DNA from: a virus
Direction: 5' to 3' (one strand)
IMG/VR virus record: IMGVR_UViG_3300037882_004081
Coordinates: 1 to 64,000 of that record
DNA length: 64,000 bases
A program made the position numbers and the translations under genes. Below, in pieces: positions 17,835 to 25,991 of the stretch. The notes under the pieces were generated by a model. The model was given only the letters and a program-made list of their open reading frames with translations, made no database searches and was not told the DNA's origin. Every line of letters starts with the position of its first letter. The stretch's first letter is position 1.

Positions 17835-18574
17835 GTCACGTCATCTTCCACCAATACTGGTCCAGACCCATCCTGACGCCAGTCATGCAACCAAAGGGTG
17901 AGATGCAGAGCGAAGATGGGACTCGGGCGATGCACTGCCCGGTGTACCGGAAAGCCGTCACCAACGCCATTTACTTGGTCACCGAGTCGCCGTTTTCCAT
18001 CACGTGGCGTGGCGGTAGGGAGGTGGAAGTGACGACGCCCGAATGGTGGCAACGATCCATGGACCATGCTCGTGGTGCTTGGGCCACTCGGGCAGTGGCC
18101 AGAGGGATCACCGAGAACCCCACTGCGTTCAGGTTCCACCACTCCAGGCCACTTGCTTGCCCAAAAGCCGGGATCAGCAACTTGTCGGGTCACTGTCTTG
18201 TCAACTTCTTCACCGGGCTATCGATCGAAACCGCTCCTGGTACGGGGGTGCTGGTTCTGCCACCCGTCAACCACAACCACAGCCCCAACCACACCATCCA
18301 GACCGGGGTCTATGACTCGTCCGAGTTTGCCGGGGACTTCTCGTTCAATATGCTGTTGCTCAGGCAGGACGTCAAGATCGAGTTCCAAGCCGGTCAGCCC
18401 GTTGCTTCGCTGTTCATGTTTGGCGAACTGTCTTCACCACCCAACGTCGTCCAGAGCACCATGGAAGACTGTATGAGGCGGAGAGAGCGAGCCGACGCCC
18501 ATTATTTCGCGAAGACTCAAGACGGAGCCAGTTACTCTACCGCCGTGAAGGCGTCAAAGTGTCCCTTCGGCTGA
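17831..18574 (+). CDS. DUF6065-like / dUTPase-like fold protein
   Basis: HCP...A, IETAPG..VLVLPPVN, TGVYD..., IEFQAGQPVA pattern. Confidence 0.55.
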   Translation: MSHVIFHQYWSRPILTPVMQPKGEMQSEDGTRAMHCPVYRKAVTNAIYLVTESPFSITWRGGREVEVTTPEWWQRSMDHARGAWATRAVARGITENPTAFRFHHSRPLACPKAGISNLSGHCLVNFFTGLSIETAPGTGVLVLPPVNHNHSPNHTIQTGVYDSSEFAGDFSFNMLLLRQDVKIEFQAGQPVASLFMFGELSSPPNVVQSTMEDCMRRRERADAHYFAKTQDGASYSTAVKASKCPFG

Positions 18575-18808
18575 CATGACCGTGCCCATGTGCTCCGCGC
18601 ACCGGTAAACACCGCGCTCCCGTCCGGCCTTCACATTTGGCTTCCCGCACACCTCACACGGACCCGGACGATGACGCATTGGTCTCGGGTGGTCCTTCGG
18701 TTCCTCTTGTGGTCGCCCATCCAGGTAATATGGGAACTCACCACCCGCCAACGCCCCAAGTGCCGCCATGGCTACCATGGACGAAAGAGGGTTTCTCATG
18801 CTTCTCAT
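18554..18808 (-). CDS. Small Zn-finger hypothetical protein
   Basis: CEVCG...YRCAEH. Confidence 0.5.
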   Translation of the reverse strand: MRSMRNPLSSMVAMAALGALAGGEFPYYLDGRPQEEPKDHPRPMRHRPGPCEVCGKPNVKAGRERGVYRCAEHMGTVMSAEGTL

Positions 18809-18824
18809 GACGATCAAGAAAGCT

Positions 18825-19616
18825 CTACGGATGGCAGGTGAGAATCGCCTTAAGCTTCCTTGAATTGATGGTCTGTGTGGCAGTGTAGCCAGATCCACTT
18901 GGATACCCGGCCTGATAGAACACCGAATTTGGCACCATCAAGTGCAGGATGCGATCTCCCGACACCCACCAGTCCGACATCTGGAACCCGGATCCCTCAA
19001 GAAGGTTACGGTACACGTAAACCGGCGTTGGGGTGGGGTTGGAAAGCGTGGGAACCGCAATGTCCAGTTTCTCCATGACCGAAATGGACGCCAGCTTGTC
19101 CAAGTCCATGGTGGTGTAAGCGGAAAAGTCAAAAGTGAGCGCCTGCTTGGTGCCACCCGCCCACACGTGGGTGGTCCAGTCGGTGAACCTCATCACGGGA
19201 GCCGCGTTCACGTAACCGTTGACGAGCGAGGTCAGGTTGGAGAACGAGGTCAGGATGGTGTTAAGAGCCGTGTTCAGGTACCCCAAGGTGACGAGGTGTG
19301 CCGACTCAGTGGGAGCGATGCCGGAAACTGGAGCGGTGAACGAGATCGTACCATCCGCCTTGATGAGACCCTGTTCAAGCAGCGTCCGGTTGAAATACGG
19401 GTTTTGGGCGACTGACTGCAAAAGCGAGTTATACGCGTTTACGATCAGGTTGGTACGCAGGATGATGTCGCCAATCTCGCGCTGGTGTGCCGATAGCGTT
19501 CCGGCGTCAGCAGCGGTGATGAAACGGACGGTTCCCGCAGGATTGCCGGTCCTCGTTTCCGCATCTGGATACGAGGCGTCAAGCGTAAGGGGATCTGGTA
19601 AAAGGGCGGCTGGCAT
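18825..19616 (-). CDS. Fibre/whisker-like structural protein
   Basis: IKADGTISFT...APTESAHLVTLGYL trimeric-fibre neck motif followed by coiled coil. Confidence 0.65.
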   Translation of the reverse strand: MPAALLPDPLTLDASYPDAETRTGNPAGTVRFITAADAGTLSAHQREIGDIILRTNLIVNAYNSLLQSVAQNPYFNRTLLEQGLIKADGTISFTAPVSGIAPTESAHLVTLGYLNTALNTILTSFSNLTSLVNGYVNAAPVMRFTDWTTHVWAGGTKQALTFDFSAYTTMDLDKLASISVMEKLDIAVPTLSNPTPTPVYVYRNLLEGSGFQMSDWWVSGDRILHLMVPNSVFYQAGYPSGSGYTATQTINSRKLKAILTCHP

Positions 19617-20152
19617 TAGGTGATCTTCGCTTTACGTCCCGCCAACACCACGCCGGTAACGACGCTGTAAACGGAACCAATGAACCCAATAAGTGACCGG
19701 GTGATTTTGATGCCGATCGCGAATCTGTCCTGCGTGAAATACTGCATGGTAGTGCTGGCAGTAATTTCCTCAATGGTGTCGGTGGAGTCGTGGATGATCG
19801 ACCCGGCACCGATCGAGATTTCCACACCAGATGGCCCAACCGCAGTAATCGTAAACGCACTGGAGAAAGTAAGCGACGTGGGGTCGACAATCGTCACACT
19901 GCTGTTATGATTGTTGATTGTGACTTTGCGGTTTTTGGCAGAATCAAGTCTGGCGATCGAACGCAATAGCGTTTCACCCTGCACCAAGCTCACCAACGTC
20001 CCGTACTGGGAGTAATCTGGGGTTACGGAAGCAGACGGGACTGAAGGCGACCCCGAGACCGGATGTCCCGTATACGCGGCCAACCTGCCGTCACCCAAGA
20101 CGCGGCTGTTTACCTCCAAGTCAAACTCTGTATCGGTGATGAGGGCGCTCAT
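19616..20152 (-). CDS. Putative structural protein
   Basis: Ser/Thr-rich; translationally coupled to 18825-19616. Confidence 0.6.
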   Translation of the reverse strand: MSALITDTEFDLEVNSRVLGDGRLAAYTGHPVSGSPSVPSASVTPDYSQYGTLVSLVQGETLLRSIARLDSAKNRKVTINNHNSSVTIVDPTSLTFSSAFTITAVGPSGVEISIGAGSIIHDSTDTIEEITASTTMQYFTQDRFAIGIKITRSLIGFIGSVYSVVTGVVLAGRKAKIT

Positions 20153-20601
20153 GATGCTTTAGAGACCCTCTTCTTTGGGGTCTTCTTGGGTGCGGAAACT
20201 CTGGAGGTGACTTCTGGCACTGCATCCGCTACTTCAGCGGGAACGGGAACAGTGATGTTCTGGAATGCCAGCTTTGGGCCAATCTGCTTTGGAACGTACG
20301 TTCCGGGCATCTCGGCTGGCGGTGTCTCGGTGAATGAACCCAAGAACCGAGTGAGCGAAACACACTCAACGAGAGCCTTCAGGTAGTGGGCTTGGGCGAA
20401 CAGAGCGAACGGGTCTTGTGACCCCTTTTGCATCGCGTCCTTGTGCTCCTTGAACGTGTCGTCGCAGTTGGAGGTTGTGATGAAGTCAACCCACCAGTTG
20501 TCACCCTCGTCAGTCCAAAGATCGCGAATCACGATCCTGAACAGCCCCTTGTGGTGCCAAGCGATCTTGCCCCTTTTGATCCATGATGGTGTGTCACTCA
20601 T
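20149..20601 (-). CDS. Hypothetical protein
   Basis: Clean ORF preceded by TAGGTTT. Confidence 0.65.
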   Translation of the reverse strand: MSDTPSWIKRGKIAWHHKGLFRIVIRDLWTDEGDNWWVDFITTSNCDDTFKEHKDAMQKGSQDPFALFAQAHYLKALVECVSLTRFLGSFTETPPAEMPGTYVPKQIGPKLAFQNITVPVPAEVADAVPEVTSRVSAPKKTPKKRVSKAS

Positions 20602-20618
20602 TCTGCGCTAGAAACCTA

Positions 20619-21719
20619 TCATTCTGGAACCGATGATCCGTCGAAAATCACTGAATAACCTCCAACGTCCTCGGTGCCGACTTGGTGGGTGATGCTGTTG
20701 ACCCATCCGGTAAGCTGATCTCGCTGGTAATAGCGTTGAGCTAGAGGGGTGCTGGAAAGATCGATGCGAAGTGGCAGCTGCAACTTTTGATCACCAATAA
20801 GATCAGAGCCATGAGCGTACAAGAACCAGCCTTCGATGTCCCACCCCGTGATGCCTTGGTGAGCCGCACCCATTGCTCGCATACCCTCCTTGGTGCGACA
20901 GGCAAACGTCCTGGCCCTCAAGCCGTCAATGGTGGGGATGCCAGCCGGGAGAAGCTCCAGCCGGTCATTCATGAACGCCCCCTTGACGGGATCGAAGCCT
21001 TGGAGTTCAAGCCTCAGCCCCCCATTCCTGATCACGTCCCAAGTTGCTCCCTTGACGCGGAAATTGGTGATTTGCCGCATATCCACCATCGCCTTTGGTG
21101 CACCCCCGTATTTTGGGGTGCAAAACGCAAGGTCCTTTCCGTCGGTCGAGAACAGCCGGAACCCGCCAAACCCATCGTTGGTGGCGGAACGCGGGATCAG
21201 GTATGACTCAACGAATTGCCAAGCCGTGCAACCAGCCTGCACGAGGTGTTCGAATTCCTGCACGCGGCTCGGGGTTTCCCGGTGTTGGCCGATGCTGTAT
21301 CCGGACTCGCCTAGGCACTGCTCCGCTATGTCGAGGGTGCTGGAGCCTTTCCATGCCCGGAAAAGTGGCACCAAGTTCAAAAGAGCGGATTCTTGGACGG
21401 TGGTGAGACTCAGGTATGCGTCACCCTCACTCACGCTATCCTCGCCGACATATGAGTGCACGATGTGCTTGTGCTCCACGCTCTCCTTACCTTCCGTGTT
21501 GACGAACTTGAACTGCACCTGCACAGACGAGCGGAGCAGGTTGGCCAGTTGCTTGAATTCCCCAGCCCGCCCTTTCACGTCTTGGAACACCAGTTCATGA
21601 TGAGCGGTTGAGAACCCGCCACGGGTGCGCTCAACAAGCTTCGTGGAACGCCAAGCATCCGTGATGAGTTGCTCGTTCCATTTCGCGGTCCAACCTACTG
21701 AATGCTTCGTGTACGCCAC
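20619..21719 (-). CDS. Baseplate hub protein (gp27/GpD-like), putative
   Basis: About 366 aa; FRAWKG..., LVQAGCTAWQFV, C-terminal WVNSITHQV...GYS pattern of hub proteins. Confidence 0.6.
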   Translation of the reverse strand: MAYTKHSVGWTAKWNEQLITDAWRSTKLVERTRGGFSTAHHELVFQDVKGRAGEFKQLANLLRSSVQVQFKFVNTEGKESVEHKHIVHSYVGEDSVSEGDAYLSLTTVQESALLNLVPLFRAWKGSSTLDIAEQCLGESGYSIGQHRETPSRVQEFEHLVQAGCTAWQFVESYLIPRSATNDGFGGFRLFSTDGKDLAFCTPKYGGAPKAMVDMRQITNFRVKGATWDVIRNGGLRLELQGFDPVKGAFMNDRLELLPAGIPTIDGLRARTFACRTKEGMRAMGAAHQGITGWDIEGWFLYAHGSDLIGDQKLQLPLRIDLSSTPLAQRYYQRDQLTGWVNSITHQVGTEDVGGYSVIFDGSSVPE

Positions 21720-22085
21720 CTATAGACCTACAGAACGGTTGGATTTCCGTTTCGGCTTGTACCCAAACTTCTCAACGGTATCGGGAGCGTACCTTGGTCG
21801 ATTGTGTGTGATGGTGGGCTGGCTGAATCCAGTGATGATCGAAAGCTGATAATCCGACTGGTGCCAGTCGATTCTAGCAAACACCGACTCCTTGACGTGC
21901 ACTGGGCACCGGCCCTTTTTGCCGGGTGACCACTTTTTGTGACCATTCAGTTCACGCGACCGGGCGGCTTTCCGTTCCCGGCACTTCAGGCATGTTGCCC
22001 CACCGTTTGGGTTTGGTTGCCAGCAAGCGCAGCATTTACCTTCGGCCTTGAGTTGTCGTTGCTGGAGACATTGACGCGATGCCAT
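21720..22085 (-). CDS. Basic Zn-finger plus HTH DNA-binding protein
   Basis: GKCCAC...TCLKC; IDWHQSDYQLSIITGFSQPTITHNR helix-turn-helix. Confidence 0.6.
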   Translation of the reverse strand: MASRQCLQQRQLKAEGKCCACWQPNPNGGATCLKCRERKAARSRELNGHKKWSPGKKGRCPVHVKESVFARIDWHQSDYQLSIITGFSQPTITHNRPRYAPDTVEKFGYKPKRKSNRSVGL

Positions 22086-22089
22086 GTGG

Positions 22090-22383
22090 TTACAGTTTAG
22101 CACCGGAGGTGACCTCTTCGTGTTGCACCTCATCCACGAAAACGTGCGTGTAGATGGTGTTGTGGGCGGAATGCTTGGCCGTAGGTTCCAGGAACGCCGT
22201 CACCGTCATCGGACGGCGCTTGGTGTTGTGACCGCGCAAGCGGAAGATGATTTCGTGACCAGCGGTATCACGTTCGACCACTCCCCACGAGACGCCGTTG
22301 ACGGCGAGCTTCACGATGTCTCCCACGACCACTTCATTGGCGGGGACCTGAACGAAACCGGCTGGGGTGGTGTTTTGCGTCAT
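22090..22383 (-). CDS. Small SH3-like early protein, leaderless
   Basis: VPANEVVVGDIV; ATG 5 nt after TATAAT. Confidence 0.7.
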   Translation of the reverse strand: MTQNTTPAGFVQVPANEVVVGDIVKLAVNGVSWGVVERDTAGHEIIFRLRGHNTKRRPMTVTAFLEPTAKHSAHNTIYTHVFVDEVQHEEVTSGAKL

Positions 22384-22388
22384 CCACC

Positions 22389-22417
22389 ATTATAACACAG
22401 ACCCGGAGTCTTGTCAA
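22389..22417 (-). promoter_or_regulatory. Sigma70-type early promoter
   Basis: TTGACA-17 nt (TGTGT)-TATAAT. Confidence 0.92.
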
Positions 22418-22421
22418 GTAC

Positions 22422-22805
22422 CTACCCGTTCGCTCCGTGCTCGTCCCGTTCTATCTTCAACTCGTACATCAGAGCGGTGTCTTTGCACATTCGCTTCTGT
22501 GTGTTGTTCTTCCACCCGTTGCTCGGAAGATCTACCCACAGTATCCCAGACTCGATCACGCACCTCACCCATCCCAGTTCCTCCATCACGAAATCGTAGG
22601 GCTCCCCCGTGAACCCTCTGGTTTCTGCGATTTCCTTGGCTGTGGAAACGTGGCTTGGTTCCGATAGCCCCTTAACCAGTATCACTTTGCCATTTGGAAG
22701 AGCCCAGAATCCGTGGAACTCTGGGTACTGTGGAAGCTCATCAAAGCCCAATTCGACCCCGGCACGGATCGACTCCAACAAGCGGTTGATGGCCTCAACT
22801 AGCAT
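22422..22805 (-). CDS. Hypothetical protein, candidate capsid-internal protein
   Basis: N-terminus MLVEAINRLLES; HGFWALPNG...H...GWVR motif. Confidence 0.7.
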   Translation of the reverse strand: MLVEAINRLLESIRAGVELGFDELPQYPEFHGFWALPNGKVILVKGLSEPSHVSTAKEIAETRGFTGEPYDFVMEELGWVRCVIESGILWVDLPSNGWKNNTQKRMCKDTALMYELKIERDEHGANG

Positions 22806-23037
22806 CGCTGGGGAGTGTGGTACCAGCGCGGAAGAACGTCACCTCGCCACGGAGAGCGCGGCTGGTGGCGACCTTGTTGGCAAAGCGCTTGGCAGACGTC
22901 CAGTCCTTGAAGACCGGCTTGGTGAGCTTCCACTTGCCCGTCCAGTTACGGTAGGCAACCTGCACGCCACCACTTGCTTCGCTGTCGAAGTCATCAATCC
23001 TGGCAAGCGTTTCTTCGATCCGTTGGACGAGTTTCAC
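22795..23037 (-). CDS. Small hypothetical protein
   Basis: GTG start overlapping the upstream stop (GTGA): MKLVQRIEETLARID. Confidence 0.6.
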   Translation of the reverse strand: MKLVQRIEETLARIDDFDSEASGGVQVAYRNWTGKWKLTKPVFKDWTSAKRFANKVATSRALRGEVTFFRAGTTLPSDAS

Positions 23038-23369
23038 GTCGATAAATAAGCGATAACGCCAAGGAACGAAATGTGCCACGCTTGGTCCATGCACAGTGGA
23101 CCCATGGGCCACATGTCGGGAGTGGTTTGCCCAAAGAACCCCATCCATCTAATGTGAAGTGCGAACCTGTCTTGCAACCAGTGCTGCACGAGGATCGCGG
23201 CCAGCGCCCACCACGGCAACCCAACCTTCCATACCAGCAACAAGAATGGTAGCGCGTAAACCGCCACGTGGACCGTACAAACGAACGAGCTAGAATTCTT
23301 CCGTTGCATCCAGTGGTTCTGGAGCGGGAAATCACCGAACGCGTGAGCGGCAATCAGATACCCTAGCAT
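23034..23369 (-). CDS. DUF3307-family membrane protein
   Basis: AHAFGDFPLQ..WM..K, HVAVY, HWLQD, DQAWH motifs. Confidence 0.88.
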   Translation of the reverse strand: MLGYLIAAHAFGDFPLQNHWMQRKNSSSFVCTVHVAVYALPFLLLVWKVGLPWWALAAILVQHWLQDRFALHIRWMGFFGQTTPDMWPMGPLCMDQAWHISFLGVIAYLST

Positions 23370-23388
23370 ATGTGCCAGAAAAATACAG

Positions 23389-23418
23389 CGAAGCCGCACC
23401 TTGTAGGGTGCGGCTTCG
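23389..23418 (-). terminator. Intrinsic terminator hairpin
   Basis: 12-bp stem CGAAGCCGCACC/GGTGCGGCTTCG with a T-rich tail on the minus strand. Confidence 0.7.
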
Positions 23419-23494
23419 AGAAACAGTTGGGGTGGTGTTGGTTACTTCATGGCGTAGGTGGGTTGGTGTTGACTGTGGGGAAGTTAAGAAAGCC

Positions 23495-23599
23495 CTACCA
23501 GTCCTCGCCGGTGATTTCGCCGCGAGTTTCCCAAGCTTCGTTCAGAAGCTCGGCGTCTTGCTGCTCGGTCTCAGGCTGTTGGTCGGGTTGCTTGCTCAT
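23495..23599 (-). CDS. 34-aa highly acidic early peptide, leaderless
   Basis: Translated by hand: MSKQPDQQPETEQQDAELLNEAWETRGEITGEDW; lies between its own promoter and a terminator. Confidence 0.65.
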   Translation of the reverse strand: MSKQPDQQPETEQQDAELLNEAWETRGEITGEDW

Positions 23600-23604
23600 G
23601 GTAC

Positions 23605-23633
23605 ATTTTACCACACAAAGTGACACTTGTCAA
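23605..23633 (-). promoter_or_regulatory. Sigma70-type early promoter
   Basis: TTGACA-17 nt (TGTGG)-TAAAAT; -35 box overlaps the toxin stop codon. Confidence 0.88.
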
Positions 23634-23947
23634 GTCCCCCCTCTCTTCCACAGGCTGTCGTACTTCGCGTGGGGTCCGATGAAGAACCACACGTAGTCGT
23701 TCCCATCCTTCTTCGCGACTGCCCGATATTCGAAGTTGATCGAAATGCGCCACATACCGGGGATGTGCTTGAGTTCCCGGAAATCAGTCGATGACGGGTC
23801 CTGTTTCCACTTCGCGTACACCTTCCGCGCCTGAGCCTGCACCCGCTCGGGCAGTTCAGTGAACTGCTTGTCGAATTGGCGCGTCTTGGACTCCAGAAGC
23901 TCCGGCTTCCAGTCAAGTACCCGTATGATGGCGGCGGCGGCGGACAC
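23630..23947 (-). CDS. RelE/ParE-superfamily toxin (putative mRNA interferase) with an N-terminal extension
   Basis: TRQFDKQFTELPERVQAQARKVY..WKQDP..., WRISINFEYRAV, WFFIGPHAKYD. Confidence 0.82.
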   Translation of the reverse strand: MSAAAAIIRVLDWKPELLESKTRQFDKQFTELPERVQAQARKVYAKWKQDPSSTDFRELKHIPGMWRISINFEYRAVAKKDGNDYVWFFIGPHAKYDSLWKRGGT

Positions 23948-24201
23948 TAATGCTGTTGGAATGTTACTGAGTCTCCTTCAGTGCCAAGATCATTTTTCCA
24001 ACCCGGCATAAACTCACCAGCCAGTTTCACCAGTTCGGCTGGATTGTTAGTGAAAAACGTGACGGTCGGGTTGTCGGTGTGGTGCGGGTCCCACTCAAAG
24101 TCGGTCGCCAGACCGAGTTGCTTCGCCTTGACGAACAAGCCTTTGGCAATGTCGTCGGCGGGTTCTCCAAGAGATTCTTGGATTCGTTTGGTCAGGCTCA
24201 T
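23947..24201 (-). CDS. Small hypothetical protein coupled to the toxin gene
   Basis: Start MSLTKRIQES; its TAG stop shares a base with the toxin GTG. Confidence 0.65.
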   Translation of the reverse strand: MSLTKRIQESLGEPADDIAKGLFVKAKQLGLATDFEWDPHHTDNPTVTFFTNNPAELVKLAGEFMPGWKNDLGTEGDSVTFQQH

Positions 24202-24214
24202 GGGGATAGGTAGA

Positions 24215-24340
24215 TTACTGGCAGGCTTCACAGCTTCCGCTTCCGTCGTCCACCGGGCAGGAACGCTCGGGGAGTGGCTCATTGAAGTCGTCGTCGGTGA
24301 TTTCGGCGGTGGGCTCTTGAGTGTTTGGATCAGTCATCAT
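24215..24340 (-). CDS. 41-aa acidic mini-protein resembling an RNR large-subunit C-terminal redox tail
   Basis: MMTDPNTQEPTAEITDDDFNEPLPERSCPVDDGSGSCEACQ; own TAGGT motif upstream; in frame with the NUMOD3 ORF. Confidence 0.55.
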   Translation of the reverse strand: MMTDPNTQEPTAEITDDDFNEPLPERSCPVDDGSGSCEACQ

Positions 24341-24967
24341 GACACCTAGTTCGTGCCCAGCCGCTATCATTCTAAAGGCTTCCCTGGTGGCGTTGTTAGT
24401 GCGCATAACTTTACTCATCTTCTCACGAGACTCTTTGGAATGCACACGCCCTACACCAGCAGCGGCTATCTTCTCCCGGTGCTCCCGTGGCAAAGTACGA
24501 CCGGAGAGCTTAGCGCTGACTTTGACGCTTATTTTCGCTCTGGTTTCTTCTGAACATGGGTGACCCTTAAGCGAATTACCGATTTTCTCGCGTTGTTCCG
24601 GCGACAAAATACGCCCCCTGAAAGCTCGTCCGATCCTATCCCGAGTCTCTTGAGAAGCGGGCGCTCTATTCCTTCGTGCGTCACGCATCTTTGCTCTGGT
24701 TTCTTCGGAAGCAGGCGCTCTATTCCTTTGTGCAGCACTTAATTTCGCCCGAGTTTCTTCGGAGATTGGTGGTCTAGGAATATGCGCCCTAGCCCTTTGT
24801 GCGAGCTTCATTTTTTCGCGGGCTTCCTCAGTATGGGGTTTACGCACCCGAGCTTTCTGTGCTGCACTCATTCTCGCCCGAGTTTCTTCCGTGTGGGGTT
24901 TACGCACCCGAGCTTTTTGTGCTGCACTTAGTTTCTTCCGAGTTTCTTCAGAAATTGGGGGTTTCAC
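24215..24967 (-). CDS. NUMOD3-repeat DNA-binding protein (homing-endonuclease-derived, no nuclease domain)
   Basis: About ten (H/I/A)SEETRxK(L/M/I)S repeats; more AT-rich codons than neighbours. Confidence 0.8.
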   Translation of the reverse strand: MKPPISEETRKKLSAAQKARVRKPHTEETRARMSAAQKARVRKPHTEEAREKMKLAQRARAHIPRPPISEETRAKLSAAQRNRAPASEETRAKMRDARRNRAPASQETRDRIGRAFRGRILSPEQREKIGNSLKGHPCSEETRAKISVKVSAKLSGRTLPREHREKIAAAGVGRVHSKESREKMSKVMRTNNATREAFRMIAAGHELGVMMTDPNTQEPTAEITDDDFNEPLPERSCPVDDGSGSCEACQ

Positions 24968-25578
24968 TTGGCGATGGCTTGGACGATGGCGAGAAGCTCC
25001 TTGGCGGCAAATGGTTCACCGGTCATGAAGATGACTTCGCCCTTCACGATGCGATATTTGGCTCCCGGAGAAACCCTAGCTTCGCGTGGTCTCTCGGCGA
25101 GTTTGGCCCTTTGAGCCGGAAGCGCCAATACGGAAGCAGCACCAAATGCTTGCTTGCACTGCTCGCCAGTCATATCTCTCGCCGACACCAGCAGGGTGTC
25201 AGTGATGCCGTTATTGTCGACCAGAAGCTCCACCTTCCCACCACCGTCGGTGAGTCTGGTTTGCTCGCTGATTGGGAGCCGTGCCAGATACTTGGCAGCT
25301 GGATAGTTGGCGATGACGAGTTCCGGGAGAATCTGGCGGCGTCCGATCTGTTCGAACTTGCTCACGGTCGCTGGGGTCAAAATCGGGTTGTTGGCGTCAT
25401 CAGCGATCGCGGCGACCGTATACCCGAAGTCGTCGATCAGTTTCACGACAATCTCCCCGGCTCTGACCCAGGCTTTGATGCCTTGGGTAAACACTTCCCC
25501 AAGTTCTCTCACCAAGTCTTTGGGACGAATGACGCAATCGTTGTTGTCGAGCGGAAGTAGTGATGTTGGTAGTGACAT
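24964..25578 (-). CDS. Hypothetical phage protein
   Basis: Clean ORF downstream of a promoter; GTGA-coupled to the NUMOD3 gene. Confidence 0.7.
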   Translation of the reverse strand: MSLPTSLLPLDNNDCVIRPKDLVRELGEVFTQGIKAWVRAGEIVVKLIDDFGYTVAAIADDANNPILTPATVSKFEQIGRRQILPELVIANYPAAKYLARLPISEQTRLTDGGGKVELLVDNNGITDTLLVSARDMTGEQCKQAFGAASVLALPAQRAKLAERPREARVSPGAKYRIVKGEVIFMTGEPFAAKELLAIVQAIAK

Positions 25579-25638
25579 ATGGATAGTTGGTTGCGATGAC
25601 AAGAAAAGTGACGCACTATACAGTTGTCACCAGCCTAC

Positions 25639-25667
25639 ACTATACCATAGCTTCTAACTCTTGTCAA
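25639..25667 (-). promoter_or_regulatory. Sigma70-type early promoter
   Basis: TTGACA-17 nt (TATGG)-TATAGT. Confidence 0.85.
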
Positions 25668-25982
25668 TCAAAGGCTCGCATCTGGTGCGTCTGGCAGTAT
25701 GATGCAGTTCTGGATCATACCGGGCATGTCGTCGATCCAGATGTCCACGCGGTGACCGGCTTCCCGGCATGCCTCACCCTTTAACTTCCCCTTGCACCAG
25801 ACGATCGGAATGTCTGGAAGGTTGTGGCGGTCCATGTCCTCGGACCACGCATGGCGACCAGTCGCAACGATGCAACGGTGACCCCGCATGGTTGCCAATG
25901 CGATAAACTGGTGCCAGAAGTCAGGGTCTTCGGTCCAAGTCCTATCAAAGTCGATCGCAAACAGGATTGATTTAGCCATCAA
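25668..25982 (-). CDS. Minimal HAD-superfamily phosphatase
   Basis: AIDFDRT (motif I), VATGR (II), K, IWIDDMP (IV). Confidence 0.85.
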   Translation of the reverse strand: MMAKSILFAIDFDRTWTEDPDFWHQFIALATMRGHRCIVATGRHAWSEDMDRHNLPDIPIVWCKGKLKGEACREAGHRVDIWIDDMPGMIQNCIILPDAPDASL

Positions 25983-25991
25983 GACCAGAAC

